A stretch of DNA of 64,000 bases from Octopus sinensis (Eukaryota). Positions within the stretch are counted from its first letter, which is position 1. Each line of letters begins with the position of its first letter. The translations under genes were made by a program, and so were the position numbers. The stretch lies in contig NC_043000.1 of assembly GCF_006345805.1 (NCBI RefSeq), positions 160,642,001 through 160,706,000 on the forward strand, read 5' to 3'. The notes under the pieces are model-generated. The model saw nothing but the letters and a program-made list of their open reading frames with translations, ran no database searches and had not been told where the DNA came from. Shown one piece after another: positions 46,770 to 59,831 of this stretch.

Positions 46770-49710
46770 CGGCAAAGGGCAGAGGAACTCAGAAAAGTCA
46801 GTGACCATTCCGAAAACAGGTCGACTCGTGAGCCTTGGTTGGCAATCTAGAAGAAGGAACACTCTGATTTACAATCTGGGGTAGATAGGACTCCTTAGAC
46901 ACAGGAGTGACAATCTGTCAGTGCTCAACACTCCATGCGTGGGATGAAGGTGAATGAACTGCGAATCGGGGCTTAACTCCGGAGCAAAATTTAGATATAG
47001 ATACGGAACCAATTGACATTCACCAGTCACCTAGTGAGAATCATGATCATGGTCTCCAGCACACAGAAAAGCGAAGGGAACAGACCCAACTCATGCGTAG
47101 TAAGAGCTCTACAGTCTAGGTTAATAATCCTGCGAGAGATGGTGTCTCGATAAAAATACAGGTCGGTGGTTAATCTTGAAACGTAAACCTCATTGATGAA
47201 TGAAAATATCTAATACAAATGTATCAAATAACGGTGTTAGTGAATCTGGAATCAAAGGTGAAAGCCTTTCGTCCGGCAGATACCCTGTGGTTGACCAGCG
47301 CAGGCCAGGTCATCATCCAGAGACTGCTTGCACACAGAACCAGAAGCAGAGAACAAGGTGGGATAAAGAGGCTAACCGAACGGTAATTGAATATTGGATC
47401 AGGAGCGAATCCAGTAAAAAGGGATTCCGACAACGGATGAAAGCAAAATGGAATGAAATAGGTCTCTCAAAATAAGTGCGCAACAGTTAGGCCACCAAGC
47501 AGCAGCAATAAGAGCAAAAGAGTGGCTAACGGACATGGAAATTGAATAGATTTAAAGGAAAGTAGAAGATAGAAATAATACTTTACCAACAGATAACACG
47601 CCCAGTGAAATCAGAGAAATGAATGGCGGCTGTGAAGACGTAGAGCAAAGTGTAAATGTAAATACATTCTCAACAAATGAAACAGGAGTAATAGTTATAC
47701 CACAAGAATACGATGATGACCAACAAGACAGTGAGGATGCTGTGCGGATATATTAGAGAAGACTAGAATCAAACAACACCCAATCTGATGTATATTGATC
47801 AACACTAGCTCAAAGTTCAAACTAAAGGGTTGAATCGGTCCTTGGTCGATTCTAGATGAGAAATATAACTGAAACTAACAAGATTACTTGGGCTGCAGCT
47901 ATAGTTACTGCAGATAGAGTTAGATACAAAAGAAGAGAACAAACAGAACGTAAAGAGCCATGCTGGTGTAGACGAATTTGTGAGAAACAAAGTTAAAAAG
48001 ACAATTAGGATAAGTTGGTAAATTGAGAAGACGGGAATTGCAGATCGAAGGCTTCACAATAATGTTAGAAAGTATATATGCATAGAATAAGAGATAAATT
48101 GTATGACGTGATATTGGAAGAATTGAAACAAAGAGTAGTAACAATCAAAGCAAAACTGGAAAGATACGACAGTAGAGCAAAACAACTCAGGCAAAACAGA
48201 TTGAAGCAAATCGGGAGAAACTGTTTCAGGAACTAGACGGGCAAATGCACGTAACAATGATACTAAATGTAGAGGAAAACAGGGCATTCTGGAGAGGGAT
48301 CTGGGACTAACTTGTAGAGCATAATGATGAAGCGGAGTGGCTGCAAGAAATCCAAGACAAGTTAAGGAATACAGAAGGCCAAGAAAACATAAAAATAACT
48401 AAGGAAATAATTAAAAAAGCAGTTAAGAAAATTCCCAAAATGGAAGAGCCCAGGACCGGGTGGGGTCCAAGGTTATTGGATGAAGAAGCTGAGAGGGCTC
48501 CGTGAAAGGATAGCGCAACAGCTAGATGAGTGATTGTAGGAAGGCGCAGTATTTAGCTGAATGACAAAGGGAAGGGCATTGTTATGTGCTAAGGATACTG
48601 AAAAGGGAAATGTTGCATCCAACTTTAGACTAATAACGTGCCTTCCGCTAATGAGGAAACTAATGTCAGGGGCATTGGTCGGCGAACTGTACAGCAAAAA
48701 TGCGGGATGCTCCATATTGAACAGAAAGGGTGCTGAAAAGGGAACAGGGAACCGAAGGATCGGCTCTTAATTGATAAGCTAAGTATCAAGAACTGCAAGA
48801 AAAGACACAGAAACCTGAGTATGGCATGGGCTGACTATCGCAATGCAGACAATATGATAACACACTCCTGGATAAGAAAAACAATGGAAATTATGGAGTA
48901 GCAGAAAATATGAAAAGCTTTATATAGAATAGCATGAAGTGCTGAAGAACGGAATTGACAGCAGGGTATCAAGTTTTAGGAGAGGTGAAAATCGAAAGAG
49001 GGTAGTGTGTGTGTCACCACTGATCTTCGTGCTGGGAATGATCTCCTTGAGTGAAATACTACAGAAAACAAAGTTGGGGTATGATGTGGGAAGAGGTAAT
49101 TGAAAAGGTGGACCACTTGCTATTCATGGGCAACTTCAAGCTATTCACAAAAAGTGAGGCAGAACGGGACAGCCTAATCCAGTCTGTGCGGATTTTCTCC
49201 AATGATATCAAGATGGAATTTGGATAGTCAGAATGTGCTACGATGGTGATGAAATGAGGAAAGCTTGTCAGGACAGAAAGGCTTATATTTGCCAAGTAGT
49301 GAAATGATGAAGGCAGTTCAACCTCAATCCAGCTATAAATATCTGGGAATACTTGAAGCAGATGGAATCAAACAGAAGGACATGAAGGAATTGACAAAAA
49401 GAGGGTACTTGCGGCGAGTGAGAAAAATATTAGCTTCGAAGCTGAACGGCAGAAACATAATTTCGGCATTAAACTCGCGCACAGTCGCAGTAGTTCGTTA
49501 TGGTGCTGGAATTCTGAAGTGGACCGAGGGGGAGCGAAAGGAGATGGACAGGAAGTCAAGAGAGTACCTAACGATGCCTGAGTTCCATTATTCACATGCA
49601 GACAGCAATCGCCTACACATGAAGAGAACAAATGGAGGAAGGTAACTGATATGATGGAAGACTGCGTGCGTATCGAACTCGAGAAATTAATAAGATACCT
49701 AGACCGTCTG
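46770..49710 (+). mobile_element. R4/Dong-clade element with 5' UTR and N-terminus, old and 3'-truncated
   Basis: RTRWDKEANRTVIEYW...GFRQRMKAKWNE (N-terminus), [57 protein letters not shown]; many stops. Confidence 0.88.
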
Positions 49711-50183
49711 TTTGAATTCGGAAGCATTGGTCTTTGGATATATGCTATTTGATGACGCTTGGTCGAATATGTATGTTAATTATCAGTGCTCTCAAATTAA
49801 AATTTTGAAATACTGTACTGATGATGAGAATGAGTGAGTAGAAATATGATTTACATTTTTTACATCTAACTCCGAAACGCGTATACAGTTAATCAGAGCC
49901 GGGTGGATTCGTCATTTTTTCCCCTTTACCTGCGTGAGTTGTTGAGTATTGCTGTCTGGGAGATATCCTATGATAGTAGAATAGTAGTTTAACTGCTATT
50001 TCTAAATTTCGGTATGTGGTGAAGCAAATTTTTGCTGAACCCTAATTATAATTGTACTCATAATTATAGAATTTTTGTATAAATTTACCGATAATGGTTA
50101 TTTTAACATACCGAACTACTTGGTAAAATTATTAATTATTACTTAATATTATTATTGATAATATATATATATATATATATATA

Positions 50184-50590
50184 TATGAATTAGAGATAAA
50201 ACCACTATTATGCAACTCATAGAGTGATAGACATAAACCAATACATAAATAACAAATAATATATGTAATTAATAAATATATAATATAAATATATAATACA
50301 CACACTAAATAAACATATACGCACATAGAGATATAAGCATGCGCAAATGAAGACATACAATAGAAATACAAAATGGCTGACGGTTAGTAAGGAGAGACAT
50401 AAATAAGAAAGAAGAAAACAAAGGACCACTGATGCGGTCAGAGGAGTGTGACGAAAGAACTCTAGCCGAAATAAGATTAAGATTACTGTAAAAATTAAAT
50501 AACACTGAAGCAAAATAACACCAAATATATAGTGCGTGTGTTTTTATTGGCTAAACTGGCAATATGACCATTCCGAAATATAACAATATA
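50184..50590 (+). mobile_element. Penelope-like terminal repeat, family P2 copy
   Basis: Matches 15690-15967 closely, including the CTGATGCG hammerhead-like motif at 50423-50467; flanked by (TA)n. Confidence 0.75.
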
Positions 50591-51559
50591 TATATTTATT
50601 TTTTCCCAAAAAGTATAAAATGAATGATAAATATAATATAATAAGTAAAAACACTACGTACGTTTCATGGCTATAATAAAATTCGAATTACACTTAAGTT
50701 TAAATTCAATTGAAATAAATTCGAATTAAAATTATATTCAATCTTCAGGTTAAATAAATAAGCAAATAGAGTGAAACAATATTTATTTAAGAAATAAATA
50801 AAATAATATTTTTTCTTATAGAAAAAACTCCATTATCTAAATTAGAAACTTAAAACATTAAGATTATTTCCTACAACACATTTATTATGTTAAATATTTA
50901 TTTTTAAGGTAAAAAAATAGATAGAAATATGTATTTATCTATGAAGATATAATATGGCCTTAAAAAACATAATAAACTCTCGAATAGCTTTAACTCAGTT
51001 ATATTCCAATATTTAATTACCAAATTATTTAACAAAATAATCACTATTCATATTTTTAGATTTAAGTTCGGGACGGTCTTTTTTTATTAATGTTCTTATT
51101 CTAACTGCTGTCCATTGTCCGGTTATATTTTATGCATCTGTGACATCTTCAGTGAAACTTTCCATCTTTGCGTGTGTTCTTGTTACGCTTATTCGATTCT
51201 CAGAGAATTGAATAAACGCGTGCCTGGAAAGGAAAAATATTTACTTTTGTTCTATAAGCTTATAATATCTCTGAAGAGGTTCTGCTCCATTTAGTTAGAA
51301 AATGACACCACACATCAACTGGTAGATAGTATTGAGACATATATGTAGGTTTTTCACATTTGTTAAGTTTTACAACTTCTAATGTATTTGTATTGTAATG
51401 TATTTTTTAAAATGTCAACATCTTTATATCATACATATAAATTATTCAAACGTTGATTTTTTTTTTTTGCCACTTTCTTTCATTCAATATTCAGAATATA
51501 TACTACAATATACTACAATATTCCCTATTATATCGCAGAGACTTTCATATAATATGACA

Positions 51560-51808
51560 GTGATTAACTAGTGGAATCTTTCTAGGATTTTCCAGATGTG
51601 TATTACTGTATATCTTTCCCACGTTCCTTCTAGGAAGTAGAAGCTTAACACTTTTAGTCTCTCCTGATATGACGCAACGTGTCTATCTTCTTTGTGCAGC
51701 TCCACTTGATCAACTCTTCTTCCGTCGTTAATTTTACACTGTTTGGTGACCGCAATTGCAAGCAGTAATCCAGACGGCTGAGGACAGAAGTCCTTCAGAG
51801 GACCATCA
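51560..51808 (-). mobile_element. CR1/L2-group LINE 3' fragment, same group as 241-560
   Basis: Minus strand [16 protein letters not shown]...SYQERLKVLSFYFLE..WERYTVIHIWKILE. Confidence 0.78.
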
Positions 51809-51840
51809 TATATATAATATATATATATATATAATATATA

Positions 51841-51899
<59 letters not shown>

Positions 51900-51955
51900 A
51901 TATATATATATTTAAATATATATATATATATACATATATATATACACATATATAT

Positions 51956-52017
<62 letters not shown>

Positions 52018-52021
<4 letters not shown>

Positions 52022-52440
52022 CAGAATGAGATTAAAAAACCAAGTCTGTGAAAGTAGGAATTCCCTACCTTTAGGCCACTTAAATATAACCCTCGATTCA
52101 TGAGCACTGTGTACAAACTCTAAACTTGGAATGACCAATTTTAAATAGTATTGGAATTTACTCACAAGGTACTGGAATCTCATATGTATACCATTCTGAC
52201 TAAATAATGAATCTACAAATGGAATATCCCTGCATATCTCACATCTATTTTTATTCCTCCACATCACTCTCTATTTCGTATCTTATCTAAATTAACTATT
52301 GCTTAACCATTTTCTTACATCGTCTCCGATGAAGAGATATAATATATACCCTGGAAACAGCTGTAAGACCTCTTTATAAATGTTCTAAAATCTCACAGCC
52401 TTGGTTTTTCTTTTTATCTCATTCAGAAAAAAGTTTATTT
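52018..52440 (+). mobile_element. Penelope-like 3' fragment (family P4) between (TA)n tracts
   Basis: [11 protein letters not shown]...MNLQ resembles a GIY-YIG C-terminus; carries a type I hammerhead. Confidence 0.55.
52322..52369 (+). ncRNA. minimal type I hammerhead with palindromic stem III
   Basis: gtct-CCGATGA-agagatataatatataccctg-GAAA-CAGCT-GTA-agac: 4-bp stem I, U4 changed to C, CAGCUG palindrome, GUA triplet. Confidence 0.65.
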
Positions 52441-52631
52441 TTATATATACACATGCTGATATACGACCTATGTTGGACTCCTTATTCGCATAATCACCAA
52501 ACCTGGAACTTAACTATGGTCTATTCATAGCACTTACTCAGTATTACCTGACACCTTTCGGTCTTACTGACACCATTACCTCTCATAACGTCTCTCTCTC
52601 TCTCTCCACACACACACACATACATAAATAC

Positions 52632-52678
<47 letters not shown>

Positions 52679-52874
52679 TATATATATATATAATATATAT
52701 ATATAGATCAATAAATGGTGGGACATTTATAAATTGATAAAATACAGATATATATTTTTATATATTAATTCATATATATATTTTATCAATTTTTCAAAAA
52801 CTTTTCCATACACCTATTTTCATTAAAATTTTCTTTCAATTTAGCATTCTGCCTTTTTACAATTTTTCCTTGCC

Positions 52875-52949
<75 letters not shown>

Positions 52950-52952
52950 TAT

Positions 52953-53055
52953 ATTTCAGTTTCCGCCTACCAAATCAACTCAGAAGTCTGAGACTGGACC
53001 TGGAACCATGTTCCTGGTAAGAAAGATACAAACCACACACCCAATCCTGCGCGCC
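52953..53055 (-). mobile_element. SINE family A 5' fragment with internal deletion
   Basis: TTTCAGTTTCCG.CTACCAAATC.ACTCA...GGAACCATG...CCACACA.CC..TCCTGCGC. Confidence 0.65.
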
Positions 53056-53068
53056 GATATATATATAT

Positions 53069-53120
<52 letters not shown>

Positions 53121-54672
53121 TCCCAAACAGCACATTACACTAGCTTTGGTATTCGAATACTATCTTTTCCACCTTGTTTGACATTTATGTTCTTAGTCGT
53201 GTATGTAATTATATATATGTATGTTTCTGTGAGTGAGTGTGTGTGTGAGTGAGTGTGTGTTTGTGTGTTTCTGTGTATGTATGTACATACATAATACATG
53301 AATGAGCATAGGAATGGAAGTGTGTTTGAGCTTTTATTATGTATAGTATGTATATGATGGGGGCTAAATAAACTTTCTTATTTTGCCTTCAGTTATAGAA
53401 TATACGCAAGCAATACCAGCAACATCCATACTGCTGCTGCTGCCGCTGCTGCTACAGAGACTATTGTGTTGATGAAGATGTTGATGGTGGTGGTGGTGGT
53501 GAGAAAGTTGTGGAGGAGGAAGATGCGGTGGAAAAAGGGATAGGTAGGAAAACATTGGTGATGGCAGTTCTAGGAAAAGGAATGATGTGTTAGTGATGTG
53601 TAAAATGATAAGACTGATTTGGTGCATTGACTAATTTTGTAGACACGAATAAGAAGAGAAAAATGACATAATTGAGAATCAGTGGAGGAAGAAGTTGGAG
53701 AAGATGGGATTAAACGAGAGAGAGAGGAAAAGGAATTTGTGTGTGAAACTGAAAGCAACAATTACGGTTCACGTAGAAACTGATGGCTGACAGGTTTCAC
53801 ATAGCGAAAGGTGCAAGGGAGATAACTTATATTTGCTAACTATTCTTTCATGTTTTTCTTCTATCATGACTAAACAGAAACATAAATGATCGCGTGTGCT
53901 GTGGGTGGTGTGTATGAGTCTGTTTCTGCATGCGCGTATCTGTGCGCGCGTTTGTGAGAAAGCATGCGTGCTGTGTGTATGCGCGCGTGTGTGGTGCGTG
54001 TGTGTGTGTGTGTGGATGGTGAATCTCACTGCTCGTTGAATTTACGACATAAGTTCGAATTTCAGTTACAGCACTATTGTTGTTGCTTACGCTAAAGATA
54101 ATTTTAATCAAACAGACCTATGATAAAATGTGTTACACACGATACAAACCAATATATATTATCTTCTTTAGTGCTTTTTTTTGTTGTTGTTTTTCTTTTG
54201 TTTTAAAGTGGTTATTTGTGAAGCGACTTTTTTGATTTTAAAGGATGTTTGATGGCTAGTTCTAGCAGATGAACCGACCACGTTGCGGCTATTTTTTGCT
54301 GCCTTGAATTCCAACGATTATATCACATCCTCTTTCAAACTGCTAGAGGTAACAGTAAAATCAGCCTCAAGTTACACCCGCCACGTTAAAATTGGAGAAC
54401 CCATGGACATTTTTCATGAAAACAAGTTGAGGTTTTCGCATCTAGAATGTCTTTTATCCTTTGTTTGTACAATGAAGATTGACCTGTGGTCAATCAATAA
54501 TATTCTGCCGTTGATGATCGTCTTAAGTATCATATATTGATTATAGTGACCACATACTTTTCTGTCTTGATTTCTGAGTAATTGAGAGTTTTTAAACTTG
54601 ACTACGTATGAAATAAATATAATAAAACAACGGTTGTATTTAATTTTGAAAACATAAACCTATGAAATTAAA

Positions 54673-55039
54673 GCAGGAGTGGCTGTGTGGTAAGTAGCTT
54701 GCTAACCAACCACACGGTTGCGGGTTCAGTCCCACTGCGTGGCATCTTGGGCAAGTGTCTTCTGCTATAGCCCCGGGCCGACCAATGCCTTGTGAGTGGA
54801 TTTGGTAGACGGAAACTGAAAGAAGCCTGTCGTATATATGTATATATATATGTATGCGTGTGTTTGTGTGTCTGTGTTTGTCCCCCTAGCATTGCTTGAC
54901 AACCGATGCTGGTGTGTTTAGGTCCCCGTCACCTAGCGGTTCGGAAAAAAGAGACCGATAGAATAAGTCCTAAAAGGTGGTGCTCCAGCATGGCCGCAGT
55001 CAAATGACTGAAACAAGTAAAAGAGAGAGTAAAAGAGTA
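54673..55039 (+). mobile_element. SINE family A, small internal deletion
   Basis: Matches 29432-29847 apart from the missing GGGCTTACAAAG...GATTTGCTCGAC segment. Confidence 0.93.
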
Positions 55040-56799
55040 ATATTACGATTTCGATATCAGGGCTTAGATGAAGGGAACAGCAATTAAACTGACCCCACTA
55101 CATGACTGGTAGTATCTGAGATATAAATGGTAATATTCTACCTTCAATAAATACACCTGTGATATTTAGATCAGCAAGTGGTGGCTCTAAATATTTTAAG
55201 AAATTTTTTTCGACGCTCAACGTCCCTGAACCCTTCCACCATCGCTGTCTTCGGACTGATAGAAGAAAATTGTTAAATTTCATTTTGTTTCTTCGATGAT
55301 CGGTCAGTTATATTAACTCCTTAAATCGTGCAGCCTTGTAGCCTCTTGATGGCCTGGACTCAATCAGACCTCGAAGTCCATAAATGGGGTCTTGTACCCC
55401 AATGCAATGCTGAGGAAAACAGGTTAAGCTGTTCACTGTTAGAATGTCTTTTAAATATCTATTTGTACAATCAAGATTGAGTTGTGTCTAGTCAATAACT
55501 GATTTGCCGTTCCTTTGGCTGGAATTCAAAGATATCCATAGGGAGAAATATCTTTACATAAATATTCGGGTTGCATTTTCTTTTCCCGATTGACATCAGG
55601 GGTTTTATTCCTACATATGGAGTCAGAACTTTTAATTCTAACGCGATTATTGACTAGTGTATATGCAATTACTACTTCAATTTTCCGTTGACTACCTTTT
55701 CATGAGTGACACCTATTGAAAACTTCATTCCGTGGCAATTTTATTAATTAATTTATGTATTTTCTTTCTTTTTCTCGTGTGATTGTAAAATACTCATTTT
55801 TCGTACCCGATATATATTCAAACGTAATGTAATTTTTTTTTTTTTTATAAGAAAAGAGAAAAGAACTCATCTCTAAAGATAAGGTTAATCGACAGAGGAA
55901 CTAACTCATCATCTCAGACATTTCTATATTTAATATTCACACGTAATGATTTCCTTCAAAACACTCACAGTTCATATTGTTGCTATTGTTTTTGTTCTTA
56001 TTGATAATATTTCTTAAATGTCATGTACCGGATCATCTGCAGTTTAGAAACTTTGGTTACGTAATCAAACTTTTCAGGAAATTATGAAGTATGACTCCTA
56101 AAACCGCTCTCACTCAAATGCAGCTGAATTTTAATTAAAAAATAAATTACACAATAAGTTCTCTTTGAAAAGCAGTTAGGATTTCGAAAGACCAAGTAAA
56201 GGTCCACCCTTGCTTATTATATTCAAGATTAAACATAGCATAGTTAGACAGTGTCACCTCAGAATGTTGGGACAAAATATCTGTACATAATAGTAGAATC
56301 TCATAGACGGTTATCTTATAGACGGCTGTAGATAGCTATTGTTGATGTAATGTGAAGAATAATTGAGATAACATATGGCTGAGGGTGATTTCGCTCTTTC
56401 TATATAAACTAGCGACAGTCTTTTATACTAGTGATATAAAAAAGATTTTTCCACTAATTTTTACCAACACGGTTTATCCGTTATCTTGAAATTACGTTTG
56501 AAAACGAAATTAAAGCATGTTTGAAACGTTGGTCATTGCAGCTGTCACATCGTGTCCGATTCCCATATGAGCTATCACTTAACAGTTGGTGCGCAAATAT
56601 ATTCTACATCATAATAGGCATTACGATACTTTCAATACTATATTGCTTATTCTGTAGAGAGCCGAACTCGTGACCCACATCACATACACACACACGTTTA
56701 CATATATATTTGTATGTGTATAAAAATATAAATATACTTGTATACATATATGTGCGTGTGTATATATACGTTATGTAGGTTATGTGTATACATAGTGTA

Positions 56800-56818
56800 T
56801 ATATATATATATATGTAT

Positions 56819-56859
<41 letters not shown>

Positions 56860-56976
56860 CATATTTTATATATATATTCATATGAGTATGTATATGTATA
56901 TAATATGAGTGTATATATATATATATGTATATGTGTATGTATACATATACATGTATATATCTATCTATCTATCTAT

Positions 56977-57038
<62 letters not shown>

Positions 57039-58089
57039 AAATTTTATATATATATTCTTTTTTATTCTTCGATTCTTTTTCTTGTTCCAGTCATTTGACT
57101 GCGGCCATGCTACAGCACCGCCTTTAGTCACACAATGGACCACAGCTTTTTCGAAAGCCTAGTACTTATTTTATCGGTCTGTTTTGCCTAACCGCTAAGT
57201 TAGGAAGACGTAAAGACATTAGCATCTGTTATAGAGCGATGGTGGGGCACAAACACAGACACCCCACATGCATACACGCACACACACACACACACAACAC
57301 ACACACACCACCCCATATATATATATAATATATAATAATATATATACGGCGGGTTTCTTTCAGTTTCCCCTCTACAAAATCTACTCACAAGGCTTTGGTC
57401 GTCCCCAGGCTATAGCAGAGGAAACCTGCAGGCTTGCCCAAGGTGCCACGCAGTGAGCCTGGACCCGGAGCCATGCGGTTGGGAAGCAATCTTCTTACCA
57501 CTCATGAAATAACTTAAGTTGCATATTATCAACTACTTGAGATAAAACATTGTATAGAAACATGTGTAGGCTTAGCAAAATACAAAGAAAATAACTACAA
57601 AAGAACTACATTGTGGCTGATAAACTGCAGTCACTTTTCTACAGATATAGTAAAAAAAAAAGTCATGCAGCACTTTAGCCCTCGTCTACGATGATGATCC
57701 TCATGCGGCCGTGGATGCAACTACATAGACAGATCAAGTGCAAGCTATGATAGTCTCCAAAAAAGTCCTCAGTACTAGATGCATCAGACGCTTTGCTCTC
57801 CATTATCGACATCGCAGTTCCGGTCCGCCATACGATTTAAATTATTAGATGTAGCAGAGCATATGATTTTAGAGATCACATGATTACACAACACTTTCAG
57901 ATTTTGTCGGATATGAATTTCTCAGCTCTTATCTCGCAAGCTGATGTTCTCGAGACTCGCACGCCGGATAATGGACTCTTCAGATGACTGGATGATGCCC
58001 AGCACTTGCTGGAAGAACTTTGCCGTCGTGACGACGTTCCATATCTGATCATGTTTCTCTCTGTTGGTCACGGACCACACACACACACA

Positions 58090-58120
<31 letters not shown>

Positions 58121-58135
58121 GATATATATATGTAT

Positions 58136-58176
<41 letters not shown>

Positions 58177-58296
58177 CATATTTTATATATATATTCATAT
58201 GAGTATGTATATGTATTATATATGAGTGTATATATATATATATGTATATGTGTATGTATACATATACATGTATATATCTATCTATCTATCTATCTT

Positions 58297-58339
<43 letters not shown>

Positions 58340-58584
58340 ATATATATGTATATAAATATTATATATATATCTTTTTTATTCTTCGATTCTTTTTCTTGTT
58401 CCAGTCATTGACTGCGGCCATGCTACAGCACCGCCTTTAGTCACCACAAATGGACCACAGCTTTTTCGAAAGCCTAGTACTTATTTTATGGTCTGTTTTG
58501 CCTAACCGCTAAGTTAGGAAGACGTAAGACATTAGCATCTGTTATAGAGCGATGGTGGGGCACAAACACAGACACCCACACATG

Positions 58585-58621
<37 letters not shown>

Positions 58622-58626
58622 ACAAA

Positions 58627-58670
<44 letters not shown>

Positions 58671-59440
58671 GGCGGGTTTCTTTCAGTTTCCCCTCTACAA
58701 AATCTACTCACAAGGCTTTGGTCGTCCCCAGGCTATAGCAGAGGAAACCTGCAGGCTTGCCCAAGGTGGCCACGCAGTGAGCCTGGACCCGGAGCCATGC
58801 GGTGGAAGCAATCTTCTTACCACTCATGAAATAACTTAAGTTGCATATTATCAACTACTTGAGATAAAACATGTATAGAAACATGTGTAGGCTTAGCAAA
58901 ATACAAAGAAATAACTACAAAAGAACTACATTGTGGCTGATAAACTGCAGTCACTTTTCTACAGATATAGTAAAAAAAAAAGTCATGCAGCACTTTAGCC
59001 CTCGTCTACGATGATGATCCTCATGCGGCCGTGGATTGCAACTACATAGACAGATCAAGTGCAAGCTATGATAGTCTCCAAAAAAGTCCTCAGTACTAGA
59101 TGCATCAGACGCTTTGCTCTCCATTATCGACATCGCAGTCCGGCCGCCATACGATTTAAATTATTAGATGTAGCAGAGCATATGATTTTAGAGATCACAT
59201 GATTACACAACACTTCAGATTTTGTCGGATATGAATTTCTCAGCTCTTATCTCGCAAGCTGATGTTCTCGAGACTCGCACGCCGGATAATGGACTCTTCA
59301 GATGACTGGATGATGCCCAGCACTTGCTGGAAGAACTTTGCCGTCGTGACGACGTTCCATATGATCAGTTTCTCTCTGTTGGTCACGGACACACACACAC
59401 ACACAACACACACACATATATATATATATAGATATATATT
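56800..59440. repeat. tandem duplication, about 1.32-kb unit x2
   Basis: AAGAACTACATTGTGGCTGATAAACTGCAG starts at both 57601 and 58921 (offset 1320); each unit contains a minus-strand SINE A (57063-57503, 58376-58823). Confidence 0.95.
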
Positions 59441-59831
59441 ATATATATATAATATATACACGCACACACACAGACACATACACACATGCGCGCATGCAGG
59501 CAGACTGGTGTGTATATATTTATGTGGATGGATGGATGGATGCGCCGTGTCATAGAAATACTCAAGTTGGTATCCGAGGGCATAGTAAGCTCACTGTGAA
59601 TGGGGAACCCCTGGTCTTTGTCAAAGCATCCCTCTGGGAGAAGACTAACTTACATATAAAACCCGCTGCTCTACTGAGCCGACTATCTTTCACTTCGCTT
59701 GTCTCTGGGTTTCTTAGTACTTCTGGTGAGAGTCGTTGTGGTGTTGAAAATCTTGCGCAGGCATTACTGGCACATGTCAGCGATGTTCATGCTGGTTAAA
59801 TGAGTATAGAGACATCATATATATTTATATA

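Noticed and set aside
49814-49855. tgta-CTGATGA...GAAA-tatgaTT-taca hammerhead-like match
   Set aside because: Stem II has only two weak pairs, the triplet is AUU and there is no Penelope-like context; plausible by chance in AT-rich DNA.
50600-51080. Extremely AT-rich stretch considered as a mitochondrial insertion
   Set aside because: No recognisable mitochondrial gene, rRNA or tRNA motif.
51270-51310. CTGAAGA...GAAA spacing
   Set aside because: No stem II, stem III or stem I complementarity.
52540-52595. Minus-strand TTATGA...ACC-GAAA-GGTGTC
   Set aside because: Stem III cannot pair and the core is doubly mutated.
54417-55512. About 100-bp diverged direct repeat (54417-54510 and 55415-55512)
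   Set aside because: Most likely two old copies of a common SINE-like tail; nothing locus-specific.
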